This document shows, one piece after another, positions 25,730 through 36,750 of a stretch of 64,000 bases of DNA. Both the position numbers and the translations under genes were made by a program. The notes beneath the pieces were generated by a model. That model was given only the letters and a program-made list of their open reading frames with translations. It had not been told where the DNA came from and did not search any database. This DNA is from Azolla caroliniana. Lineage: Eukaryota; Plantae; Polypodiophyta. The stretch is taken from assembly GCA_043228905.1 (NCBI GenBank), contig JBHGNT010000004.1, forward strand, positions 25,854,001 to 25,918,000, written 5' to 3'. The stretch's first letter is position 1, and each line of letters opens with the position of its first letter.

Positions 25730-27140
25730 AGGTCTATGCATTGATGAATTAGAAGAAATGGTTACCAAATTTGCAAAGGAAGAATGTGTTGAATAAGTTA
25801 CTCTTGGGAATGTTGTGATTATGCTTTCGCTATATGTAAATGATGTAGTGCTTTTTGCAAATACCTTAGGAGATGCATAAAAGCTTATGAAGGCATTGAT
25901 TTTTTTTTGCATGCATACTGAATTAAGTGTCAATAGCTCTAAAACAAAGATCATGCTTGTGAAGAGCCAAAAAAGAGATAAGCCATGCATTACGTACAAC
26001 AATGAGCCACTTTAATATGTGGAAAGCTTCAAATATCTTGGCCTTGAAGTTCCTTCAAATCATAGATGGAATGAATGTGCTACACGCCGCTTAGAGGCGG
26101 GTAAGCATACTATGCATTTGAGAACACATGCAATCTTTGAGATATTAAGTGTTGGGTCCTCGAGAAATATATTTTCTACACTTTGGTGACACCGGTTCTT
26201 CTCTATGGGGTGGAAGTATGGGGTGGCACCATCCCTAAATCTATATGAGAAGAGTTTGAAAATGTCCAAAACCATTTTCTTACAAAGTTTTTCCAAGTTA
26301 AGAAACAAACGCCCTACACCCTCCTCCTCCATGAGACGGGATCGCTTCCCATTGAGATCATGGCCATGGAAAGGGTTGCTGAATACATGCTTAAGGTTCA
26401 AAAAAGTCCCTTAAATCGACTTCCTAGAATTGCATGGGAAGCACGCAAAAATATCCAAAAGACGCATAAAATGACAATTTTGTGTTCCGGTTGGATGCTA
26501 GATATAGAAAAATGGTTTGGTAGATGGGATGTGAGACACTTGCTTCGTGATGCATCACTAGATTCCTTTGTAAATGAGGCCTTTTTGCAACGCCAATGTA
26601 TCATGACATGGGACAAATGTGGAGGCTCACGCTTCACACATTATACTACACATGTTGCACCTAACTACAAAACCATATTCTTTGCGAAACAGGGAAACCG
26701 TACACATCACATTGATACATGTTAGCGCCCATACCGTTATCTACCATTTGAACCATTGCTTCCATGCAACTTAGCTCACATGCATCACGATGTGAGACAT
26801 GGCGTTGGGGCACAAGTGATGAGAGTGGTCGGTTATGCACAATTTGCCCTAAACAAGTTCGCGAGTTTGAGTATCACACTTTGATACAATGCTTTGCGTT
26901 TGATCATATTCAACCATGCTTTCCACATCTATTTGAATGAACCCAATCCTTGCATGAATTCCTCTCACAACCACAATGTGCACTCTCGATTGCAATATTC
27001 ATTGTTAAAGTTCTTGAACATCGAGAGTCAATACTCACTTTCACATGTATCACGTGAAATGTAATATTTTTGGTCTCATAGGTCATATTTGACCTCCGAA
27101 GACAATAATATAATCTAGCAGCTATCTATCTATCTATCTC
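25730..27140 (+). mobile_element. 5'-truncated RTEX-like LINE with 3' hairpin and (ATCT)n tail
   Basis: GLCIDELEEMV, LYVNDVV (YADD equivalent), FKYLG, LYGVEVWG, and QLSSH...RLCTICP...EYHTLIQC. Hairpin AGGTCA-TATT-TGACCT at 27080-27095. Confidence 0.88.
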
Positions 27141-27376
27141 TGGATATCAGGTTTATGTTCAACAATATGGAACTCATTAATCAAACAAGTTTTCTTGTGT
27201 TGCTTCACTTCTTCAAGTTTAATGAAATAATTCAAGTTTATGAAGGCTTCATTGAGCACCATCTCCTCCCCCTCCCCCCCCCCCCCCCCCCTCTCTCTCT
27301 AGATATCAGGTTTATGTTCAACAATGTGGAACTCATTAATCAAACAAGTTTTCTTGTGTTGCTTCATTTCTTCAAG
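27137..27376. repeat. Direct duplication of ~80 bp next to the LINE tail
   Basis: GATATCAGGTTTATGTTCAACAAT...CTTCAAG occurs at ~27143 and ~27302. AAATAATTCAAGTTTATGAAGGCTTCATT is found both at ~25700 (left of the LINE) and ~27225. Confidence 0.75.
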
Positions 27377-28291
27377 GCCATTTCAAATTCATTCAGGTAC
27401 TAGATGAGCAATTGTAACTTATCGTATGAATAGCTTTCCTGAGCCTTTACTTGTAGATTATTATCCTTCTCACAATTGCCTTTTTTGAATCGATATTATT
27501 ATTTCCCACCATTAGACCACAATAATCAATTTATTGTCAACAAGCTACAAGTTAATATATCAAATGGATTGTAAGTTGTGTGTACTATCAACAATAATCA
27601 TAAACGTCTACATGATGATTTGTTTATATTACCATACAATGTTTTCGTTTGCAACCCTGAGGCTAATAATATTCTTAACCTTGTAATTATGGCATCTCTC
27701 TTTTAAAACCTTATGTTTGTGTTACACACCATGGAAACTATTTAGAATCGTAACTTAATTGTGATTGTGTGTTGTCATTTTATTCCTTGAGAAAATTTTA
27801 TGCCAAGGTTGAGCATAGAAACCCACGAGTTTATACAAGGATAATGCAAACCCAAATTCTATTTGCTACAATTGTTTATATGACTTTCCTCATTTGGGTG
27901 TTGCACTAATGGTTGGATATTGAAGTTCTTTTAGCTTTAAGATGTGAAGGGGTTTTAAACTGATTTTGGTGAGCTTTTGAAATTACATTAAAAGAAGGGT
28001 AGTTATGGCCCAAACATGAGTTGTATCTAGTCAATTGCATGAGACATCCATGGCCACAAATCACTCGTACACATTTGACTAACCCTTAGCAAATCATCAC
28101 CTTACATATCTAGAAAAGTCAACAGGCATGACTTATATGCACAGATTGACCCATGTGTGACATTTGTGGTATTTGCCATCCGTAATATTCGAGAATACAA
28201 AATGACCCCAAGAATATTACAGAATCATTTTTTTATTTATATATTATTTAAAATAGATATTATTTATTATTTATTTAACAATTCGACTAGG

Positions 28292-28710
28292 AAGTGGGGG
28301 ATTAATGAACATTTTATTTATTTATTTATAAAAAATATAACAAATACTTTTAAGTTTTACACCTATTATAAAAATATTATTAGTGTGAGGTCCCATTTTT
28401 AATGTCAAATAAAAATATCAAATTTTGTGTGAGAATAAAAAGTGAGGAATCAATGAACCTTTTATTTATTTATTGTTTTATGAAAAAATAAAACAAACAC
28501 CTTTAAGTTTTATATCTCTGATAAAAACATTATTAGTGTGAGGTCCCCTTTTTAATGACATTTAAAAATATCAGATTTTGTGTGAGAGTAAAAAGTGGGG
28601 AATTAATGAACCTTTTATTTTTATTTTTATTAAAAATAAAACAAATACTTTTAAGTTTTACATCTATTATAAAAATATTATTCGTTTAAGTCTCCTTTTT
28701 AATGTGAAGT
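28292..28710. repeat. AT-rich tandem repeat, ~150-bp unit x3
   Basis: Units begin AAGTG(G/A)GG..T(T/C)AATGAAC at ~28292, ~28440 and ~28593. Confidence 0.85.
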
Positions 28711-28760
28711 AAAACATCCCCTTTTTTATTGTCAAACTCCTATTTGTTATAACTGATATG

Positions 28761-29097
28761 GCGGAACACGCCTATGGTGACACAAGGAGGAAGTGGCTCG
28801 AGGTGGAACTACCAACCCCCACGCTGGCTGTTTCCGGCTCACTTACCACCCTCCCTTCGCTATCGACCCCAGGAGGTGTCTCGTACTAGTCATCACTGAA
28901 GGGCATCGTTTTTAGCTATAGGTACTTACATTAAGTAGTCAGTTTGAAAGGCGATGTAACTAGTCTCATTTTCTTGACCCTGATCAGAGGGAGATTCCCT
29001 GATCTATGTATAAGCCTCCTTGTACAGTCTCTCTATAATAATCCTTCCTAAGTAATGGGAAAGTAGCTTCATTTTGGGAAAAAAAGAAGTTATAAGT
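28761..29097 (+). mobile_element. 5'-truncated retroposon (probably an L1 3' end) with 14-bp TSD
   Basis: TSD TTATAACTGATATG at 28747-28760 and 29098-29111, with an A-rich tail. The 5' part translates as RWNYQPPRWL, an ORF2-end-like peptide. A shorter diverged copy lies at ~29372-29531. Confidence 0.72.
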
Positions 29098-29371
29098 TTA
29101 TAACTGATATGATATATGATATATTCAAGAAACTAAAAGGTAGGGACTTTATGAACTCTCTCTTTTTTTTAAACGAATATTTTTTCATGCATTCGTATGC
29201 ATTTGTTTGGTAACCGCCACGAATGCGAATATGTCAATTTATGTTTATATGTAAACAATAGTGTCTTGTATAATAGTGATTACAATTTACAAGTAGTCAA
29301 TATCTAATATTGACCCTTAAGAAATAGCCCCAACAATAGGGCATAATGTAACAAGAGAATAAGTTTGTAGC

Positions 29372-29531
29372 ATAAGTAGTCAGTTTGGAAGGATATTTAC
29401 TTAGTCTCGTATTCTTGAACTCAATTGGAGGGTGATTCCCCAATTTATGCATAAGCCACCTTGTATAGTTTTTATGTAATAATATCTCCTAACTAATGGG
29501 AAAGTAACTTCTTTTTGGAAAGAATAAGAAC
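29372..29531 (+). mobile_element. Second, shorter copy of the 28761-29097 retroposon
   Basis: TAAGTAGTCAGTTTG...TAATGGGAAAGTA is shared with the first copy. It is flanked by TTGTAGC on both sides (possible TSD). Confidence 0.6.
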
Positions 29532-31094
29532 TTGTAGCTAGGTTTAATGGTATAACCTTGCTCTCTTCCCTTCAATAGCATTGGCTTTGAAATGGGAATG
29601 TTACCATTATTGCTATATGTATTGGAAAATATATCGATTTCAATGTTTCAAAGCCATATATTTCAAGAGAAATTATTGTGTGCATGTTAAAGAAAGTATT
29701 ACATTAGGATAAACTATCATGCATTGCTCTATTTTGGCACATCCAATGTCAAGAAACATACAAGAAAATATTCCCAACATAAGATGAATTAAAACATATT
29801 CACAAATAGAATGTTGTCGTTAGTTTGTGCTCGATGCGTCCAACCACCACATAACTGCTTCACGACAACATTTCACCCAAACCCGTTTTAGTCTATATTC
29901 TTGCGTTGGATATTGACATTTGTAAGGTGGCATACATTGATATCTTGGTTGGTACCAAGCATTGCTACATTGATGCCAAATTCTAATGACAAAAAGGGAG
30001 AAGTAGTGGTAGCATGACTCCCTTTGTTGAAAATGGTAAGTGATGAGATGACCTCAAAGTGTGTCAGTGTCACTTGTGGACTTGTGGACAAACCTTATTT
30101 ATACATGATATAAGTGATTGTAGATGCGTTCTCTTGTTCATATTAACATGATTTGCAAAAAGAATGTTGTATATGAAATCAAGTAGAAATTTAAGAGAAA
30201 TATATAGATAGATGTCAATAGATACCCAAGAGAGTATTCAATTTCCCATGGTTTAAGCCTTAATGGTTGAAATTAGAGATACATCTAAAAGTGTCGATTG
30301 TAGGACTAATCCTTATCGTTGTTATGGGTTTCAGATGTTAGGGTAATGCATGTGGGAGATGGGGGATTGGCAATAGACATTGCTTGGAACCATTCAGAAA
30401 GGTCTTTCCGAGAAACCTTTTTACTAGTCCATGGCGACCACACACTGATCGCATAGAGACATTGTTCCCCAAAGAGCTCCTAAAATTACAGGCTCCATTA
30501 TGGAGTGGTATCAACGCAGAGTACTTGATGGTGATGGTGCCCATAAAGTAAATTGGTAATGGGGGACATCAATGGGGGTGGTGTGGATAAGTTGGGCAAG
30601 GCAACTTGTTTATTGCAGTCAATATTGGGCCCTAGGGATATGATGCATAATAGCTAGCTAGCTAGCTTATGCACTTGTACAACGCATGCGTAGGGCTACT
30701 CCTCATGCAGGGCACTTACACGACTTGTGTGCGCCACATAACGTTGTCTGCATTGTGCAACAGACCAGGGGCCCGATGTTGGACCGCTTTGTCGCCAAAC
30801 CTTCACCCGAACCTAGCGCTCGCACTACATACTCTTTTTCATCCTTTCCTTTGCCCCCCCCCCCCCCCCCCCCCCCCAATATATATATATATATATATAT
30901 AACAACTATCAAAAGAAAATACTCAATACAAACATAAAGCATATGTACAAAGTGTACCCACACCATCTACAAAAGGAAAAAGAACATTAACTTAATATAA
31001 TTCTACAAAGGATCTTGTCTATACACGGTAGAGTAAATTAAGTTAGATTATAAGTTATGTATTGTATTGTGTGTGTGTGTGTGTGAGTGAGTGA

Positions 31095-32129
31095 GTCATG
31101 GGTTCAACCCCTACATTCCACAATGGGATATAATGAAATAATAGATATCTATGGAGTAATGGAGAGGTGAGAAGATTGGGTTTCAAACCCAAGATGTAGT
31201 GCTACTAGTGTAAACAACTTACCACTAGGGTAAGCTAGGGTCAACTACCATATGTGGTCCGATCGTTGATATAGTGGATATCAAACAATTATTTTTTTCG
31301 CCCTTCATGCTGAATCTGCGTGTTTACTATGAATGCAGATACTTGTTAAAAGCAGTTGTTGCTTTCTGTAGGTTTGAACCTCTTGCTTGCTTGCTTACTT
31401 GTAAAAGGTATGATGGGTGAAAACAACAATTGCAAAAGCTAAGGTTTTAATTCAAAGTAGCCTATGCTACCTCTTTTTTCATGTCACCTTGTTGTTGAGT
31501 ATAGAAAAAGAAATAAAATGGGCAAGACACTACGAACATTTGGGTATTGGCCCCCGATATCTATGAAAGTTAGTGCGGAGACTGAACCGGTACCCTTGGA
31601 AGAAGTTATGGTGGAGATCGGATAGAATGAGGCTTTGGCAACAACCTTTCCTTTCCTTTCCTTTGGCAACACGACTTTGTATTTGTTCATTCTCATGTGC
31701 GTATCTTTTCGATGGTCTTCTGAAAACTATAACATTCTACGAGAACACATCCAGTGACCCGTCTCTTGACCGTAGCAATTTTATGCATAGTTGGAACTAT
31801 AGCCTCGATCATGGATACTAATAAAATAAAACCAGGCACTGAGAACAAAACCAGATAGTTGGTATAAAGTAAAATGCCCGATGTTTCCAAGTTAGTCCAA
31901 CTTTATATTCTTTCAATATAAACCATATATCTTAGATAGGTTGTATTCAAATTGGTTGGTAGTATTGGAATCTAATCATTGTCTAGAATGACAAAGATTT
32001 CCAACCAGGAAATCAGTCCAATAGTACCACCTAGTAATAAATAATGCAATATATTCTCGTGGATTTCCATTATTTTGATACTTGGCATCATCACAACAAA
32101 TGGAAGTGACACGACAATTACGCCTTATG

Positions 32130-32181
<52 letters not shown>

Positions 32182-32540
32182 AAATGGATGTAGCTCAATT
32201 GGTGAGGTTGCCCAATGAAGACCAGGAGGTCATGGGTTGAACCCTACATTCCACAGTGGCATCTATTGAATTAAGAGATATGTATAAAGTATATAATAGA
32301 GAGGTGAGTAAATTTAGGTTTCAAACCCAAGACATAATGGCTTGTAGTGTAGCTAAATACGATAAAAAAAGAAAAAGAGAGAGATAAGTCATGGGTTGAA
32401 TCCCTACATTCCACATAGGCATCTAGTGAATTGACAAAGAGATTTTTTTATTTATTTTTGGATATAGATGTAGTTCAGTTGGTAAGGTTGCCTATTTGAG
32501 ACAAGAAGGTTATATGTTCGACCCGTACATTCCACACTGA
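31095..32540 (+). mobile_element. Cluster of tRNA-derived SINE-like copies: full heads at 32186-32253 and 32467-32534, 5'-truncated copies at ~31095 and ~32388
   Basis: A-box TAGCTCAATTGG / TAGTTCAGTTGG and B-box-like GGTTGAACCC / GTTCGACCC. Ends TGGATGTAG...CTACATTCCA can pair. Two copies share a non-tRNA body (GAGAGGTGAG...GGTTTCAAACCCAAGA). Confidence 0.65.
31693..32126 (-). pseudogene. nad6: Nuclear mitochondrial insertion (NUMT): 3' two-thirds of nad6
   Basis: Translation GVIVVSLPFVVMMPSIKIMEIHENILHYLLLGGTIGLISWLEIFVILDND*IPILPTNLNTTYLRYMVYIERI*SWTNLETSGILLYTNYLVLFSVPGFILLVSMIEAIVPTMHKIATVKR parallels plant mitochondrial Nad6 (…SWTNLETLGNLLYT…LILLVAMIGAIVLTMH…KVKRQDVF). It has no introns and is bounded by an (AG)n tract. 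Confidence 0.9.
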
Positions 32541-32626
32541 GACTAGTAAAAGGCAGGAATATTATAATGATAATGACATTGCTAATCAAATGCTAAACAA
32601 CGACAAAGAAGGATCATCGATAACGT

Positions 32627-32665
<39 letters not shown>

Positions 32666-34913
32666 AGCATTAGGGGAACATTACAATGATAATCAAATGC
32701 TAATAAACTTTATATTCAACTATATAGTCAATATTATATCACAACATGAAGGGGTTGGTTTATATAACTTTACCTTCTCTAGTTTGAATGCACACAATGG
32801 CTCAATGACAACGACAAAGAAGGATCATCAATAATGTTCACAATCAAGTTTGATGATACTCTCTTGATATCTCCGTTGATGTGCAATAATCGAGTTGAAG
32901 GGGACGTTATTTGGTTCTCATACATGTCCTTAAAATCTCATACAACCTAATGTGGTCATAGAAGAGGATACTTAGAACAATTACATGGAATGTTGGGTGA
33001 TACAACACCTATTCTTTCCTCAATCACGTTGAGAATGCTTGAAAATCCCTAGAATCTACCATGTGTCTTGAGAAATGGTGGATGAGCTTAAACATTTGTT
33101 TGATAATATGGATGGCTCTCTTAGGAGAAATTGGTTTGTTACGTAATTTGGCATGACCTTTTACTTTTTCCCACAACATATTTCTCTATAGGATGAACAT
33201 GAATATGCCAAATTCTTGAAACTAAAAGTTGAACAATAGAGAAACATTGTCTCCACATCAAAGATTGCAAATATTGGAGCAAACATGTAGTAATGGATTT
33301 GAAATAAAATGAAGGTATTTTCTTTAGGTTTGATACTCAACCATAAATGAACAACTTTCCTAGTCCAAAGGTGGGGACAAAAAATATACGACCAATAAAA
33401 GATAGTTTGTTATGTAATCTAAGTTAAAGAAGTTTGCTTCCCGTTAACAATTGTGTATAGGTAATGAAATGCAAGCAATCATGCATGCTCTAAGCTAAGA
33501 GAAATGATGCTTGAAAGAGGGTCGACTCTTGCAAAATACAATGTTTGAGATATTTCATGGTTAGGCCAACTCTATATATTACAATCAAATAATGACATCC
33601 TATAAATTTACAAATGAATAAGTCTTTGTATCCTCGATATAACTCAAATTATTTGTCTTTTGTCTAAAGCATGGGATTCATCATTTGATCCAGCAAAAGG
33701 AGACAACATCTTGTTGGTAGGTACAAAGTATGAAGTAGTTGGATCCCCTAACATCGACCATAAGGTAATATTGCCATCTCTATATGAATGACAATTGGCT
33801 ATTTTTTAAGAAATAATGCATTAAATCCCCGTATGCTTGTCTTGCTCCCATTAAATACAACTAAATGTCACATCAAAAGAAACTATGGTCCTATTAAATG
33901 TGTTGTATCACTGACATTTTTCTCCCAGTGAAATGAGAATTGTTCATGGAATTTGATCCATCTAATCGAAACCCCTCATTGGTAGATAAATCTGCCCAAA
34001 TGCAATAACTTGTATATTTCAACACTAAATGAACACATAAGGTTTTATTTTTTCAAATACATTTCAAGTGTTCTTCTTGAACATAAATGTGATCCATTCC
34101 ATTTTGCCATATTTCGAATTACAAGGGATTGGAAGTGTTCTACTAGTGTTATATTTTATTATTACATGGAAGTTACAGTGATATAAATGACATGATGGAG
34201 TTTCAAATTCTAAAAAATATAGCATAAAATTATCATATTCAAATATGTACATTTGAATTGTTGTTTTTCCAAGATACATCATACAACATGACCATTCTTT
34301 TTCTCCATATCTTAAAATTTAAAAATATGTAGGTATAGTTGATAAAAGAGTACGTTTGGATGAGCAGATATGCTGGAAAATGGGGTTTGTTTCAGTTTTT
34401 TTTTTTCCAAAAAATTCTACTTCCATTAGTTAAGAAAAAGTAGATAGAATAATATACAACTCATGTGTTACAAGCCACTTTGCAAAAGGCTACAAGAAAA
34501 CATCATGTATAAATGAAGCAGCAAAGCCTCGTCACATAATTACTCGACTGACTCCCATCAACATGAGCCTCACACAACCCACATTCAACAAAGACACCCT
34601 CCAATCACTTCACAATTCAGCACCTACCTTTATGTTTGGTACCATAGGAGGGAACAACCATCGGTTTGGTTGATATATCCACTTTGCATTGCCATCCACC
34701 ATCTGTAACAAACATCGGAGAGACGTCGGGGTTTGTTTCAATTTTGTTGGGGATAAGGGCCGCATGAGTTTTGCTAGGTTTTTTTTGTTGGTTTTGGAGT
34801 TGTTCCTCTATGTTTTATAAATTGATCCCATAGTGGATTCAAGTTGAACTTTGTTGCATTCTATTTGCAAAGTAGTGTTTTTTTGGCAAGGAAAAATATA
34901 TAGATGATATAAG

Positions 34914-35368
34914 TGTTACAAATTATTTCTAATGTAAGCGTGAAATAAGGAAATAAATGGTAGACAGTAAAGAAAAAGAGAGAAAGAAGGGTGTCGATCC
35001 ACCCGATCACCCCCAAGCGAAGGCATCGAGACATACTTGAGCCTTGATTGACGTCTCATACCACCACCATGGCATCGAGTCATACCTGGTATTGTCACAC
35101 TTTCTACAAGAGTTTGTTCACCACGAGATTGCAATCTCGGTGTAGTCGAATGATGCGTCTAATGAGGGTAGTTATGCCTCGTATTTATAGTCATACCTAA
35201 GGCCCCCAAGCAAGTTCACACTTTGCCCTTATGGGTTATCTCAATGCCTAGTATTAAAAGTAATTCTCCCTTCTTTACACTCTCGGTTAACCCTCACACT
35301 TTTATCCTCGTGTGTAGAATACTACGGTACAAACTACTAAGGGATAAATTATGGTCATGCCTGTAACA
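34914..35368 (-). mobile_element. Solo LTR (455 bp)
   Basis: Termini TGTTACA...TGTAACA (7-bp inverted repeat, TG...CA). Perfect 5-bp TSD ATAAG at 34909-34913 and 35369-35373. TATAAATA on the minus strand at ~35182-35189. Confidence 0.9.
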
Positions 35369-36477
35369 ATAAGAATGTAAGTCTTCTACTAGTGTTTATG
35401 GCTTGTCCCTCAGTGTGGTCAATACTAGATATTGTCGAGCAACAAAGCTTACACTTGTTCACTCATGAAGGTTCACCTATTATTATATATGGAAGTTATA
35501 CATGATGAGAATGAAGACAACGCATAAAACACTTCCACTTGGAAGAACATTGATCCACATGCATAGGATTTGGATATGATCTTATTGCACAAGTATGTAG
35601 TGGGGAGTTTCTTAAATCAGTTTCCAATATTGTTGTTCGCAGTCCCCCGCTTATAACTTTATTTATTTCAATGAATTGCATACATTTGGATTGAAAATTG
35701 ATTCAACGTTGTTCCTCTTGACAAATGGTGGCAAATGCTATGGAACCTCATCAAAGAACAAAATTTCAATATTGTTGTCCATAGTTGCCCACTCATAAAT
35801 TCATTTGTTACAACGAATTCCATAATTTTGAATTGAAAACAATTTAACACTATTCCTCTTGCAAAATGGTGGGAAATGCTGCAAAGCCTCACAAAATAAC
35901 GGATTTTGAAAGAGGACTCACTTTGAAATGGTGGTGGAAGACAAAGTAGGCTCCATAAACAAATTGTCGTGCCAATAGATGTAAAATAGTGGAGAATGAC
36001 ACACATTACTCCTTTTAGGTGTAACCATACAATGGAAGTACAAGCATACATGGTCCTATTCGCCCAAAGTTCCACGTGAAGTTTGATATAGAGTCGCAAT
36101 AAGTCGTAGTATACCACCATGGAGCCCCCTAAAAATTTGGCCTTCATTTTAAGTGTAACCAAAGGAGGACAACTAGAGAGAGGCAAAAAATACAAGAGTT
36201 TGGAGTGAGGATTGTGATTGGTAGAATGAGTGAAGGATGCATGAAACATAACTAATTCCAATGCTTCTTTTTATGTTAAGCAATATATGGGTTATCTGAC
36301 ATGTTAGTAATAGTCCCCACTCATTCGTGTCTTTGTACGTTTGTTCGACAAGAATGCGGTCCAAACATATTGTGGCCTTCCATGTCACCGCAAGCAAGGA
36401 TTTGGGGGAGGGTTACTACACAAGGGAGATGAAACATGCAAGGATACATAAGAAATAGGACAATACCAAGTATGGTC

Positions 36478-36601
36478 ACATACATACATACGTACATACA
36501 TACATACATACATACATGTGCAAAATACGTACATACATACATGAATGTACAAAATACGTACATACATACATGAATGTACAAAATACGTACATACATACAT
36601 G
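36478..36601. repeat. (TACA)n-based minisatellite upstream of the TTLL gene
   Basis: TACA runs with a ~30-bp unit ATGAATGTACAAAATACGTACATACATAC. Confidence 0.85.
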
Positions 36602-36750
36602 ATGGACTGACTCTCTCTATATTTAGAGGCTTTTCCAACTACCTTCAAATCTAGTGAAAGGGCGCCAAACTGTTTTCCTTGAAGGGTCGTCTTTCTCATC
36701 TTCTATTGATTTCTGACTTCGATTCCGCCCATCGCCCGCCCATCGTTGCA

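Noticed and set aside
32186-32253. Functional tRNA gene
   Set aside because: The D and anticodon arms do not pair, the T-loop is mutated, and diverged copies share a non-tRNA body, which fits a SINE.
35496-36699. ORFs up to 197 aa on the minus strand
   Set aside because: No recognisable domain; they are partly (TACA)n microsatellite translations.
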